Shown here: in pieces, positions 12,503 to 26,491 of the stretch
Layout: each line of letters starts with the position of its first letter
Numbering within the stretch: position 1 is the stretch's first letter
Assembly: GCF_036588685.1 (NCBI RefSeq)
Contig: NC_086377.1
Location: 45,942,001-46,006,000 of the forward strand
Origin: Mytilus trossulus
Lineage: Eukaryota
Length of the DNA: 64,000 bases
Direction of reading: 5' to 3'
Notes under the pieces: model-generated
Told to the model about the DNA's origin: nothing
Databases searched by the model: none
Seen by the model: the letters and a program-made list of their open reading frames with translations, nothing else
Position numbers and translations under genes: made by a program

Positions 12503-13133
12503 CTTTAATTTTTTGTGATTGGAGGAAACAAATGTCAAAAGTCACGAAAACGATATGCAGGATTCACATACTCATCAGAGCGAACAAATTGCAATTGTTC
12601 CTCGCAACGTATGTTATCTAGCAGTTTGCATCTGCCGCTGTTTTGTGCCTTAACATGATTAGGTCTTTAAATGACACTGACTGAAATGAGATGGGTAACC
12701 ATCACACCTGCAAAAGAATGTACTTTAACAAATAATGACTTTATGTTTAAGAGTCATGTTTATGTTTTATGCATTTCTTGTCATTTAGTCAGTTGTTATG
12801 ACATTATCCCCTCTTAGATACGATCACGTAATTCCTGTGTTTGCCACTCTCTCTACGATTCCCCTCAATTGCTAAAAATGGTAGCACCGGAGCCATTCAC
12901 TCCTGGCACACTTATAAAAGGCGTTCTCGACAATTTATTTGTATCTTATTCAAGATTGACCTCTACGTAAAAAGAGGAGAGGCGTTGTATTTGAAAGGAT
13001 GTCATCAAATGAATTTGTTTTTACGTGAATTACCAGCAATGCCCATTATATATCCGTGGATGATACGATTATGTGTCGCGAATTCCACCGTCCTCTTAAT
13101 CAATTGAAAACCTTGAAAGAGTCAAAAAAGAAA

Positions 13134-13204
13134 TGCATCGGCCGGGAATCGAACCCGGGCCGCCCGCGTGGCAGGCGAGCATTCTACCACTGAACCACCG
13201 ATGC
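13134..13204 (-). tRNA. tRNA-Gly(GCC)
   Basis: Copy of 167-237. Confidence 0.96.
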
Positions 13205-13523
13205 TTATGACTACCTCATGTTAAACTTGATCATATAAGGACACATGTTACCTGATATGTATGGTATAAATGCATGTTAATATGATACTGAAATTGTCGG
13301 TAGAAACACGTACGGCACAAATACATTTGAAAAGAGGAAATCGGCGATAATTTAGATCTCATTTGTTCAGCTGCAGCATATCATTGAATATCAACTGGAG
13401 GTTGAAATATAATGACCAGAAAAAACGCTACTGTCGGCTTCGTGTATAATTTGAAACTTAAATATAAGCTTATACCCGCGTAGTTAAAAAAAAAATCGTG
13501 ATCTTAAAGGGATAACTAACCTC

Positions 13524-13623
13524 NNNNNNNNNNNNNNNNNNNNNNNNNNNNNNNNNNNNNNNNNNNNNNNNNNNNNNNNNNNNNNNNNNNNNNNNNNNNN
13601 NNNNNNNNNNNNNNNNNNNNNNN
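13524..13623. other. Assembly gap (100 N)
   Basis: Run of exactly 100 n; repeat phase and spacer type change across it. Confidence 0.99.
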
Positions 13624-13628
13624 CTAAG

Positions 13629-13700
13629 TCCGATGTGGTCTAGTGGTTAGGATTTCTGGTTTTCACCCAGACGGCCCGGGTTCGATTCCCGGCATCGGAG
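13629..13700 (+). tRNA. tRNA-Glu(TTC)
   Basis: Copy of 905-976. Confidence 0.96.
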
Positions 13701-14323
13701 CTTTAATTTTTTGTGATTGGAGGAGACAAATGTAAAAAGTCACGAAAAAGATATGCAGGATTCGACATACTCCTCAGAGCGAATTCATTGCAATTGTTTC
13801 TCGCAACGTTCGTATGTTATCTTGCAGTTTGCATCTGTCGCTGATGATTATGTCTTTACATGAGACTGACTGACTGAATGAGATGGGTTACCATCACACC
13901 TGCAAAAGAATGTACTTTAGCAAATAATGACTCTATGTTTAAGAGTCATGTTGATGTTTTATGCATTTCTTGTCATTTAGTCAGTTGTTATGACATTATC
14001 CCCTCGGGATATAAGTTAGATACGATAACGTAATTCCCTGTGTTTGCCACTCTCTACGATTCCACTCAATTGCTAAAAATGGTCGCACCGGAGCCTTTCA
14101 CTCCTGGCACACGTATAAAGCGCGTTCTCAACAATTTATTTGTATCTTATTCAAGATTGACCTCTACGTAAAGAGAGGAGACGCGTTACATTTGAAATTA
14201 TGTCATCAAATGAATTTGTTTTTACAGCAATGCCCACTATATATACGTGGATGATATGATTATGTGTCGCGAATTCCACTGTCCTCTTATCAATTGAAAA
14301 CCTTGAATGAGGCAAAAAAGAAA

Positions 14324-14394
14324 TGCATCGGCCGGGAATCGAACCCGGGCCGCCCGCGTGGCAGGCGAGCATTCTACCACTGAACCACCGATGC
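14324..14394 (-). tRNA. tRNA-Gly(GCC)
   Basis: Copy of 167-237. Confidence 0.96.
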
Positions 14395-15053
14395 TTATGA
14401 CTACCTCATGTTAAACTTGATCATATAAGGACACATGTTACCTGATATGTATGGTATAAATGCATGTTAATATGATACTGAAATTGTCGGTAGAAACCCG
14501 GCACAAATAAATGTGAAAAGAGGAAATCGGCGATAATGTAGATCCCATTTGTTCAGCTGCAGCATAATCTCAGCTCGAGGTTGAAATATAGTGACCAGAA
14601 AAACGCTGTATAATTTGAAACTTAGATATATATATAAGCTTAAACCCGCGTAGTTAAAACAAAAAAATAATCGTGATCTTAAAGGGGGAGGGATAAGTAA
14701 CCTCAAGTCTTTCAAAGAAGACCTAATCGCAAAACGAAAAGTTCTGTAATTTGACACAATTTCTGTTGTGGTTTCCATGACAGACAACTTGAACTCGGTA
14801 AAGTCGACATATGGTACATGCTAATTTTCATACTCCATATGTAATTATAAGCTAAATGCATAACTTTGCCCTTTACCAATTGTACGTTTCTGCATCTAAT
14901 ATTTACCGACTGGTATAGTTTTGTGAGCTTTGAATACTCTCCTTTCATGCTGTCAGCTGAATCACAGTTATCATATGTTGACACAATCATAAATGTATTA
15001 GGCTCGGTAAGGACTCTTTTATATATAGCTTAAATTAAGCAAGTTATACTAAG

Positions 15054-15125
15054 TCCGATGTGGTCTAGTGGTTAGGATTTCTGGTTTTCACCCAGACGGC
15101 CCGGGTTCGATTCCCGGCATCGGAG
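15054..15125 (+). tRNA. tRNA-Glu(TTC)
   Basis: Copy of 905-976. Confidence 0.96.
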
Positions 15126-15748
15126 CTTTAATTTTTTGTGATTGGAGGAGACAAATGTAAAAAGTCACGAAAAAGATATGCAGGATTCGACATACTCCTC
15201 AGAGCGAATTCATTGCAATTGTTTCTCGCAACGTTCGTATGTTATCTTGCAGTTTGCATCTGTCGCTGATGATTATGTCTTTACATGAGACTGACTGACT
15301 GAATGAGATGGGTTACCATCACACCTGCAAAAGAATGTACTTTAGCAAATAATGACTCTATGTTTAAGAGTCATGTTGATGTTTTATGCATTTCTTGTCA
15401 TTTAGTCAGTTGTTATGACATTATCCCCTCGGGATATAAGTTAGATACGATAACGTAATTCCCTGTGTTTGCCACTCTCTACGATTCCACTCAATTGCTA
15501 AAAATGGTCGCACCGGAGCCTTTCACTCCTGGCACACGTATAAAGCGCGTTCTCAACAATTTATTTGTATCTTATTCAAGATTGACCTCTACGTAAAGAG
15601 AGGAGACGCGTTACATTTGAAATTATGTCATCAAATGAATTTGTTTTTACAGCAATGCCCACTATATATACGTGGATGATATGATTATGTGTCGCGAATT
15701 CCACTGTCCTCTTATCAATTGAAAACCTTGAATGAGGCAAAAAAGAAA

Positions 15749-15819
15749 TGCATCGGCCGGGAATCGAACCCGGGCCGCCCGCGTGGCAGGCGAGCATTCT
15801 ACCACTGAACCACCGATGC
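15749..15819 (-). tRNA. tRNA-Gly(GCC)
   Basis: Copy of 167-237. Confidence 0.96.
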
Positions 15820-16478
15820 TTATGACTACCTCATGTTAAACTTGATCATATAAGGACACATGTTACCTGATATGTATGGTATAAATGCATGTTAATATGA
15901 TACTGAAATTGTCGGTAGAAACCCGGCACAAATAAATGTGAAAAGAGGAAATCGGCGATAATGTAGATCCCATTTGTTCAGCTGCAGCATAATCTCAGCT
16001 CGAGGTTGAAATATAGTGACCAGAAAAACGCTGTATAATTTGAAACTTAGATATATATATAAGCTTAAACCCGCGTAGTTAAAACAAAAAAATAATCGTG
16101 ATCTTAAAGGGGGAGGGATAAGTAACCTCAAGTCTTTCAAAGAAGACCTAATCGCAAAACGAAAAGTTCTGTAATTTGACACAATTTCTGTTGTGGTTTC
16201 CATGACAGACAACTTGAACTCGGTAAAGTCGACATATGGTACATGCTAATTTTCATACTCCATATGTAATTATAAGCTAAATGCATAACTTTGCCCTTTA
16301 CCAATTGTACGTTTCTGCATCTAATATTTACCGACTGGTATAGTTTTGTGAGCTTTGAATACTCTCCTTTCATGCTGTCAGCTGAATCACAGTTATCATA
16401 TGTTGACACAATCATAAATGTATTAGGCTCGGTAAGGACTCTTTTATATATAGCTTAAATTAAGCAAGTTATACTAAG

Positions 16479-16550
16479 TCCGATGTGGTCTAGTGGTTAG
16501 GATTTCTGGTTTTCACCCAGACGGCCCGGGTTCGATTCCCGGCATCGGAG
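16479..16550 (+). tRNA. tRNA-Glu(TTC)
   Basis: Copy of 905-976. Confidence 0.96.
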
Positions 16551-17173
16551 CTTTAATTTTTTGTGATTGGAGGAGACAAATGTAAAAAGTCACGAAAAAG
16601 ATATGCAGGATTCGACATACTCCTCAGAGCGAATTCATTGCAATTGTTTCTCGCAACGTTCGTATGTTATCTTGCAGTTTGCATCTGTCGCTGATGATTA
16701 TGTCTTTACATGAGACTGACTGACTGAATGAGATGGGTTACCATCACACCTGCAAAAGAATGTACTTTAGCAAATAATGACTCTATGTTTAAGAGTCATG
16801 TTGATGTTTTATGCATTTCTTGTCATTTAGTCAGTTGTTATGACATTATCCCCTCGGGATATAAGTTAGATACGATAACGTAATTCCCTGTGTTTGCCAC
16901 TCTCTACGATTCCACTCAATTGCTAAAAATGGTCGCACCGGAGCCTTTCACTCCTGGCACACGTATAAAGCGCGTTCTCAACAATTTATTTGTATCTTAT
17001 TCAAGATTGACCTCTACGTAAAGAGAGGAGACGCGTTACATTTGAAATTATGTCATCAAATGAATTTGTTTTTACAGCAATGCCCACTATATATACGTGG
17101 ATGATATGATTATGTGTCGCGAATTCCACTGTCCTCTTATCAATTGAAAACCTTGAATGAGGCAAAAAAGAAA

Positions 17174-17244
17174 TGCATCGGCCGGGAATCGAACCCGGGC
17201 CGCCCGCGTGGCAGGCGAGCATTCTACCACTGAACCACCGATGC
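17174..17244 (-). tRNA. tRNA-Gly(GCC)
   Basis: Copy of 167-237. Confidence 0.96.
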
Positions 17245-17903
17245 TTATGACTACCTCATGTTAAACTTGATCATATAAGGACACATGTTACCTGATATGT
17301 ATGGTATAAATGCATGTTAATATGATACTGAAATTGTCGGTAGAAACCCGGCACAAATAAATGTGAAAAGAGGAAATCGGCGATAATGTAGATCCCATTT
17401 GTTCAGCTGCAGCATAATCTCAGCTCGAGGTTGAAATATAGTGACCAGAAAAACGCTGTATAATTTGAAACTTAGATATATATATAAGCTTAAACCCGCG
17501 TAGTTAAAACAAAAAAATAATCGTGATCTTAAAGGGGGAGGGATAAGTAACCTCAAGTCTTTCAAAGAAGACCTAATCGCAAAACGAAAAGTTCTGTAAT
17601 TTGACACAATTTCTGTTGTGGTTTCCATGACAGACAACTTGAACTCGGTAAAGTCGACATATGGTACATGCTAATTTTCATACTCCATATGTAATTATAA
17701 GCTAAATGCATAACTTTGCCCTTTACCAATTGTACGTTTCTGCATCTAATATTTACCGACTGGTATAGTTTTGTGAGCTTTGAATACTCTCCTTTCATGC
17801 TGTCAGCTGAATCACAGTTATCATATGTTGACACAATCATAAATGTATTAGGCTCGGTAAGGACTCTTTTATATATAGCTTAAATTAAGCAAGTTATACT
17901 AAG

Positions 17904-17975
17904 TCCGATGTGGTCTAGTGGTTAGGATTTCTGGTTTTCACCCAGACGGCCCGGGTTCGATTCCCGGCATCGGAG
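17904..17975 (+). tRNA. tRNA-Glu(TTC)
   Basis: Copy of 905-976. Confidence 0.96.
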
Positions 17976-18598
17976 CTTTAATTTTTTGTGATTGGAGGAG
18001 ACAAATGTAAAAAGTCACGAAAAAGATATGCAGGATTCGACATACTCCTCAGAGCGAATTCATTGCAATTGTTTCTCGCAACGTTCGTATGTTATCTTGC
18101 AGTTTGCATCTGTCGCTGATGATTATGTCTTTACATGAGACTGACTGACTGAATGAGATGGGTTACCATCACACCTGCAAAAGAATGTACTTTAGCAAAT
18201 AATGACTCTATGTTTAAGAGTCATGTTGATGTTTTATGCATTTCTTGTCATTTAGTCAGTTGTTATGACATTATCCCCTCGGGATATAAGTTAGATACGA
18301 TAACGTAATTCCCTGTGTTTGCCACTCTCTACGATTCCACTCAATTGCTAAAAATGGTCGCACCGGAGCCTTTCACTCCTGGCACACGTATAAAGCGCGT
18401 TCTCAACAATTTATTTGTATCTTATTCAAGATTGACCTCTACGTAAAGAGAGGAGACGCGTTACATTTGAAATTATGTCATCAAATGAATTTGTTTTTAC
18501 AGCAATGCCCACTATATATACGTGGATGATATGATTATGTGTCGCGAATTCCACTGTCCTCTTATCAATTGAAAACCTTGAATGAGGCAAAAAAGAAA

Positions 18599-18669
18599 TG
18601 CATCGGCCGGGAATCGAACCCGGGCCGCCCGCGTGGCAGGCGAGCATTCTACCACTGAACCACCGATGC
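18599..18669 (-). tRNA. tRNA-Gly(GCC)
   Basis: Copy of 167-237. Confidence 0.96.
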
Positions 18670-19328
18670 TTATGACTACCTCATGTTAAACTTGATCATA
18701 TAAGGACACATGTTACCTGATATGTATGGTATAAATGCATGTTAATATGATACTGAAATTGTCGGTAGAAACCCGGCACAAATAAATGTGAAAAGAGGAA
18801 ATCGGCGATAATGTAGATCCCATTTGTTCAGCTGCAGCATAATCTCAGCTCGAGGTTGAAATATAGTGACCAGAAAAACGCTGTATAATTTGAAACTTAG
18901 ATATATATATAAGCTTAAACCCGCGTAGTTAAAACAAAAAAATAATCGTGATCTTAAAGGGGGAGGGATAAGTAACCTCAAGTCTTTCAAAGAAGACCTA
19001 ATCGCAAAACGAAAAGTTCTGTAATTTGACACAATTTCTGTTGTGGTTTCCATGACAGACAACTTGAACTCGGTAAAGTCGACATATGGTACATGCTAAT
19101 TTTCATACTCCATATGTAATTATAAGCTAAATGCATAACTTTGCCCTTTACCAATTGTACGTTTCTGCATCTAATATTTACCGACTGGTATAGTTTTGTG
19201 AGCTTTGAATACTCTCCTTTCATGCTGTCAGCTGAATCACAGTTATCATATGTTGACACAATCATAAATGTATTAGGCTCGGTAAGGACTCTTTTATATA
19301 TAGCTTAAATTAAGCAAGTTATACTAAG

Positions 19329-19400
19329 TCCGATGTGGTCTAGTGGTTAGGATTTCTGGTTTTCACCCAGACGGCCCGGGTTCGATTCCCGGCATCGGAG
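19329..19400 (+). tRNA. tRNA-Glu(TTC)
   Basis: Copy of 905-976. Confidence 0.96.
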
Positions 19401-20023
19401 CTTTAATTTTTTGTGATTGGAGGAGACAAATGTAAAAAGTCACGAAAAAGATATGCAGGATTCGACATACTCCTCAGAGCGAATTCATTGCAATTGTTTC
19501 TCGCAACGTTCGTATGTTATCTTGCAGTTTGCATCTGTCGCTGATGATTATGTCTTTACATGAGACTGACTGACTGAATGAGATGGGTTACCATCACACC
19601 TGCAAAAGAATGTACTTTAGCAAATAATGACTCTATGTTTAAGAGTCATGTTGATGTTTTATGCATTTCTTGTCATTTAGTCAGTTGTTATGACATTATC
19701 CCCTCGGGATATAAGTTAGATACGATAACGTAATTCCCTGTGTTTGCCACTCTCTACGATTCCACTCAATTGCTAAAAATGGTCGCACCGGAGCCTTTCA
19801 CTCCTGGCACACGTATAAAGCGCGTTCTCAACAATTTATTTGTATCTTATTCAAGATTGACCTCTACGTAAAGAGAGGAGACGCGTTACATTTGAAATTA
19901 TGTCATCAAATGAATTTGTTTTTACAGCAATGCCCACTATATATACGTGGATGATATGATTATGTGTCGCGAATTCCACTGTCCTCTTATCAATTGAAAA
20001 CCTTGAATGAGGCAAAAAAGAAA

Positions 20024-20094
20024 TGCATCGGCCGGGAATCGAACCCGGGCCGCCCGCGTGGCAGGCGAGCATTCTACCACTGAACCACCGATGC
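20024..20094 (-). tRNA. tRNA-Gly(GCC)
   Basis: Copy of 167-237. Confidence 0.96.
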
Positions 20095-20753
20095 TTATGA
20101 CTACCTCATGTTAAACTTGATCATATAAGGACACATGTTACCTGATATGTATGGTATAAATGCATGTTAATATGATACTGAAATTGTCGGTAGAAACCCG
20201 GCACAAATAAATGTGAAAAGAGGAAATCGGCGATAATGTAGATCCCATTTGTTCAGCTGCAGCATAATCTCAGCTCGAGGTTGAAATATAGTGACCAGAA
20301 AAACGCTGTATAATTTGAAACTTAGATATATATATAAGCTTAAACCCGCGTAGTTAAAACAAAAAAATAATCGTGATCTTAAAGGGGGAGGGATAAGTAA
20401 CCTCAAGTCTTTCAAAGAAGACCTAATCGCAAAACGAAAAGTTCTGTAATTTGACACAATTTCTGTTGTGGTTTCCATGACAGACAACTTGAACTCGGTA
20501 AAGTCGACATATGGTACATGCTAATTTTCATACTCCATATGTAATTATAAGCTAAATGCATAACTTTGCCCTTTACCAATTGTACGTTTCTGCATCTAAT
20601 ATTTACCGACTGGTATAGTTTTGTGAGCTTTGAATACTCTCCTTTCATGCTGTCAGCTGAATCACAGTTATCATATGTTGACACAATCATAAATGTATTA
20701 GGCTCGGTAAGGACTCTTTTATATATAGCTTAAATTAAGCAAGTTATACTAAG

Positions 20754-20825
20754 TCCGATGTGGTCTAGTGGTTAGGATTTCTGGTTTTCACCCAGACGGC
20801 CCGGGTTCGATTCCCGGCATCGGAG
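20754..20825 (+). tRNA. tRNA-Glu(TTC)
   Basis: Copy of 905-976. Confidence 0.96.
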
Positions 20826-21448
20826 CTTTAATTTTTTGTGATTGGAGGAGACAAATGTAAAAAGTCACGAAAAAGATATGCAGGATTCGACATACTCCTC
20901 AGAGCGAATTCATTGCAATTGTTTCTCGCAACGTTCGTATGTTATCTTGCAGTTTGCATCTGTCGCTGATGATTATGTCTTTACATGAGACTGACTGACT
21001 GAATGAGATGGGTTACCATCACACCTGCAAAAGAATGTACTTTAGCAAATAATGACTCTATGTTTAAGAGTCATGTTGATGTTTTATGCATTTCTTGTCA
21101 TTAAGTCAGTTGTTATGACATTATCCCCTCGGGATATAAGTTAGATACGATAACGTAATTCCCTGTGTTTGCCACTCTCTACGATTCCACTCAATTGCTA
21201 AAAATGGTCGCACCGGAGCCTTTCACTCCTGGCACACGTATAAAGCGCGTTCTCAACAATTTATTTGTATCTTATTCAAGATTGACCTCTACGTAAAGAG
21301 AGGAGACGCGTTACATTTGAAATTATGTCATCAAATGAATTTGTTTTTACAGCAATGCCCACTATATATACGTGGATGATATGATTATGTGTCGCGAATT
21401 CCACTGTCCTCTTATCAATTGAAAACCTTGAATGAGGCAAAAAAGAAA

Positions 21449-21519
21449 TGCATCGGCCGGGAATCGAACCCGGGCCGCCCGCGTGGCAGGCGAGCATTCT
21501 ACCACTGAACCACCGATGC
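21449..21519 (-). tRNA. tRNA-Gly(GCC)
   Basis: Copy of 167-237. Confidence 0.96.
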
Positions 21520-22178
21520 TTATGACTACCTCATGTTAAACTTGATCATATAAGGACACATGTTACCTGATATGTATGGTATAAATGCATGTTAATATGA
21601 TACTGAAATTGTCGGTAGAAACCCGGCACAAATAAATGTGAAAAGAGGAAATCGGCGATAATGTAGATCCCATTTGTTCAGCTGCAGCATAATCTCAGCT
21701 CGAGGTTGAAATATAGTGACCAGAAAAACGCTGTATAATTTGAAACTTAGATATATATATAAGCTTAAACCCGCGTAGTTAAAACAAAAAAATAATCGTG
21801 ATCTTAAAGGGGGAGGGATAAGTAACCTCAAGTCTTTCAAAGAAGACCTAATCGCAAAACGAAAAGTTCTGTAATTTGACACAATTTCTGTTGTGGTTTC
21901 CATGACAGACAACTTGAACTCGGTAAAGTCGACATATGGTACATGCTAATTTTCATACTCCATATGTAATTATAAGCTAAATGCATAACTTTGCCCTTTA
22001 CCAATTGTACGTTTCTGCATCTAATATTTACCGACTGGTATAGTTTTGTGAGCTTTGAATACTCTCCTTTCATGCTGTCAGCTGAATCACAGTTATCATA
22101 TGTTGACACAATCATAAATGTATTAGGCTCGGTAAGGACTCTTTTATATATAGCTTAAATTAAGCAAGTTATACTAAG

Positions 22179-22250
22179 TCCGATGTGGTCTAGTGGTTAG
22201 GATTTCTGGTTTTCACCCAGACGGCCCGGGTTCGATTCCCGGCATCGGAG
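22179..22250 (+). tRNA. tRNA-Glu(TTC)
   Basis: Copy of 905-976. Confidence 0.96.
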
Positions 22251-22873
22251 CTTTAATTTTTTGTGATTGGAGGAGACAAATGTAAAAAGTCACGAAAAAG
22301 ATATGCAGGATTCGACATACTCCTCAGAGCGAATTCATTGCAATTGTTTCTCGCAACGTTCGTATGTTATCTTGCAGTTTGCATCTGTCGCTGATGATTA
22401 TGTCTTTACATGAGACTGACTGACTGAATGAGATGGGTTACCATCACACCTGCAAAAGAATGTACTTTAGCAAATAATGACTCTATGTTTAAGAGTCATG
22501 TTGATGTTTTATGCATTTCTTGTCATTTAGTCAGTTGTTATGACATTATCCCCTCGGGATATAAGTTAGATACGATAACGTAATTCCCTGTGTTTGCCAC
22601 TCTCTACGATTCCACTCAATTGCTAAAAATGGTCGCACCGGAGCCTTTCACTCCTGGCACACGTATAAAGCGCGTTCTCAACAATTTATTTGTATCTTAT
22701 TCAAGATTGACCTCTACGTAAAGAGAGGAGACGCGTTACATTTGAAATTATGTCATCAAATGAATTTGTTTTTACAGCAATGCCCACTATATATACGTGG
22801 ATGATATGATTATGTGTCGCGAATTCCACTGTCCTCTTATCAATTGAAAACCTTGAATGAGGCAAAAAAGAAA

Positions 22874-22944
22874 TGCATCGGCCGGGAATCGAACCCGGGC
22901 CGCCCGCGTGGCAGGCGAGCATTCTACCACTGAACCACCGATGC
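22874..22944 (-). tRNA. tRNA-Gly(GCC)
   Basis: Copy of 167-237. Confidence 0.96.
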
Positions 22945-23603
22945 TTATGACTACCTCATGTTAAACTTGATCATATAAGGACACATGTTACCTGATATGT
23001 ATGGTATAAATGCATGTTAATATGATACTGAAATTGTCGGTAGAAACCCGGCACAAATAAATGTGAAAAGAGGAAATCGGCGATAATGTAGATCCCATTT
23101 GTTCAGCTGCAGCATAATCTCAGCTCGAGGTTGAAATATAGTGACCAGAAAAACGCTGTATAATTTGAAACTTAGATATATATATAAGCTTAAACCCGCG
23201 TAGTTAAAACAAAAAAATAATCGTGATCTTAAAGGGGGAGGGATAAGTAACCTCAAGTCTTTCAAAGAAGACCTAATCGCAAAACGAAAAGTTCTGTAAT
23301 TTGACACAATTTCTGTTGTGGTTTCCATGACAGACAACTTGAACTCGGTAAAGTCGACATATGGTACATGCTAATTTTCATACTCCATATGTAATTATAA
23401 GCTAAATGCATAACTTTGCCCTTTACCAATTGTACGTTTCTGCATCTAATATTTACCGACTGGTATAGTTTTGTGAGCTTTGAATACTCTCCTTTCATGC
23501 TGTCAGCTGAATCACAGTTATCATATGTTGACACAATCATAAATGTATTAGGCTCGGTAAGGACTCTTTTATATATAGCTTAAATTAAGCAAGTTATACT
23601 AAG

Positions 23604-23675
23604 TCCGATGTGGTCTAGTGGTTAGGATTTCTGGTTTTCACCCAGACGGCCCGGGTTCGATTCCCGGCATCGGAG
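23604..23675 (+). tRNA. tRNA-Glu(TTC)
   Basis: Copy of 905-976. Confidence 0.96.
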
Positions 23676-24298
23676 CTTTAATTTTTTGTGATTGGAGGAG
23701 ACAAATGTAAAAAGTCACGAAAAAGATATGCAGGATTCGACATACTCCTCAGAGCGAATTCATTGCAATTGTTTCTCGCAACGTTCGTATGTTATCTTGC
23801 AGTTTGCATCTGTCGCTGATGATTATGTCTTTACATGAGACTGACTGACTGAATGAGATGGGTTACCATCACACCTGCAAAAGAATGTACTTTAGCAAAT
23901 AATGACTCTATGTTTAAGAGTCATGTTGATGTTTTATGCATTTCTTGTCATTTAGTCAGTTGTTATGACATTATCCCCTCGGGATATAAGTTAGATACGA
24001 TAACGTAATTCCCTGTGTTTGCCACTCTCTACGATTCCACTCAATTGCTAAAAATGGTCGCACCGGAGCCTTTCACTCCTGGCACACGTATAAAGCGCGT
24101 TCTCAACAATTTATTTGTATCTTATTCAAGATTGACCTCTACGTAAAGAGAGGAGACGCGTTACATTTGAAATTATGTCATCAAATGAATTTGTTTTTAC
24201 AGTAATGCCCACTATATATACGTGGATGATATGATTATGTGTCGCGAATTCCACTGTCCTCTTATCAATTGAAAACCTTGAATGAGGCAAAAAAGAAA

Positions 24299-24369
24299 TG
24301 CATCGGCCGGGAATCGAACCCGGGCCGCCCGCGTGGCAGGCGAGCATTCTACCACTGAACCACCGATGC
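24299..24369 (-). tRNA. tRNA-Gly(GCC)
   Basis: Copy of 167-237. Confidence 0.96.
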
Positions 24370-25028
24370 TTATGACTACCTCATGTTAAACTTGATCATA
24401 TAAGGACACATGTTACCTGATATGTATGGTATAAATGCATGTTAATATGATACTGAAATTGTCGGTAGAAACCCGGCACAAATAAATGTGAAAAGAGGAA
24501 ATCGGCGATAATGTAGATCCCATTTGTTCAGCTGCAGCATAATCTCAGCTCGAGGTTGAAATATAGTGACCAGAAAAACGCTGTATAATTTGAAACTTAG
24601 ATATATATATAAGCTTAAACCCGCGTAGTTAAAACAAAAAAATAATCGTGATCTTAAAGGGGGAGGGATAAGTAACCTCAAGTCTTTCAAAGAAGACCTA
24701 ATCGCAAAACGAAAAGTTCTGTAATTTGACACAATTTCTGTTGTGGTTTCCATGACAGACAACTTGAACTCGGTAAAGTCGACATATGGTACATGCTAAT
24801 TTTCATACTCCATATGTAATTATAAGCTAAATGCATAACTTTGCCCTTTACCAATTGTACGTTTCTGCATCTAATATTTACCGACTGGTATAGTTTTGTG
24901 AGCTTTGAATACTCTCCTTTCATGCTGTCAGCTGAATCACAGTTATCATATGTTGACACAATCATAAATGTATTAGGCTCGGTAAGGACTCTTTTATATA
25001 TAGCTTAAATTAAGCAAGTTATACTAAG

Positions 25029-25100
25029 TCCGGTGTGGTCTAGTGGTTAGGATTTCTGGTTTTCACCCAGACGGCCCGGGTTCGATTCCCGGCATCGGAG
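25029..25100 (+). tRNA. tRNA-Glu(TTC), A5G variant (G5-U68 wobble)
   Basis: Starts TCCGGTG instead of TCCGATG (position 25033). Confidence 0.9.
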
Positions 25101-25749
25101 CTTTAATTTTTTGTGATTGGAGGAGACAAATGTAAAAAGTCACGAAAAAGATATGCAGGATTCGACATACTCCTCAGAGCGAATTCATTGCAATTGTTTC
25201 TCGCAACGTTCGTATGTTATCTTGCAGTTTGCATCTGTCGCTGATGATTATGTCTTTACATGAGACTGACTGACTGAATGAGATGGGTTACCATCACACC
25301 TGCAAAAGAATGTACTTTAGCAAATAATGACTCTATGTTTAAGAGTCATGTTGATGTTTTATGCATTTCTTGTCATTTAGTCAGTTGTTATGACATTATC
25401 CCCTCGGGATATAAGTTAGATACGATAACGTAATTCCCTGTGTTTGCCACTCTCTACGATTCCACTCAATTGCTAAAAATGGTCGCACCGGAGCCTTTCA
25501 CTCCTGGCACACGTATAAAGCGCGTTCTCAACAATTTATTTGTATCTTATTCAAGATTGACCTCTACGTAAAAAGAGGAAAGGCGTTGTATTTGAAAGGA
25601 TGTCATCAAATGAATTTGTCATCAAATGAATTTGTTTTTACGTGAATTACCAGCAATGCCCATTATATATCCGTGGATGATACGATTATGTGTCGCGAAT
25701 TCCACTGTCCTCTAATCAATTGAAAACCTTGAAAGAGTCAAAAAAGAAA

Positions 25750-25820
25750 TGCATCGGCCGGGAATCGAACCCGGGCCGCCCGCGTGGCAGGCGAGCATTC
25801 TACCACTGAACCACCGATGC
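25750..25820 (-). tRNA. tRNA-Gly(GCC)
   Basis: Copy of 167-237. Confidence 0.96.
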
Positions 25821-26491
25821 TTATGACTACCTCATGTTAAACTTGATCATATAAGGACACATGTTACCTGATATGTATGGTATAAATGCATGTTAATATG
25901 ATACTGAAATTGTCGGTAGAAACACGTACGGCACAAATACATTTGAAAAGAGGAAATCGGCGATAATTTAGATCTCATTTGTTCAGCTGCAGCATATCAT
26001 TGAATATCAACTGGCGGTTGAAATATAATGACCAGAAAAAACGCTACTGTCGGCTTCGTGTATAATTTAAAACTTAAATATAAGCTTATACCTGCGTAGT
26101 TAAAAAAAAATCGTGATCTTAAAGGGATAACTAACCTCAAGTCTTTCAAAGAAGACCTAATCGCAAAACGAAAAGTTCTGTAATTTGACATGATTTCTGT
26201 TGTGGTTTCCATGACAGACAACTTGAACTCGGTAAAGTCGACATATGGTACATGCTAATTTTCATACTCCATGTAATTATAAGCTAAATGCATAACTTCG
26301 CCCTTTACCAATTGTACGTTTCTGCATCTAATATTTACCGACTGGTCTAGTTTTGTAAGCTTTGAATACTCTCCTGTGACAGTCATGCTGTCAGCTAAAT
26401 CACAGTTATCATATGTTGACACAATCATAAATGTATTAGGCTGGGTAAGGACTCTTTTATATATAGCTTAAATTAAGCTAGTTCTACTAAG

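Larger units (their letters stand above)
1..13523. repeat. tRNA Gly/Glu tandem array, spacer type A (1441-bp unit, ~9.4 units)
   Basis: Near-identical units with period 1441 (1440 where a homopolymer base is lost). Each carries one Gly(-) and one Glu(+) gene. Confidence 0.97.
13624..25550. repeat. tRNA Gly/Glu tandem array, spacer type B (1425-bp unit, ~8.4 units)
   Basis: Exact period 1425, with diagnostic spacer variants such as aaagggggagggataag and gagactgactgactgaatg. Confidence 0.97.
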
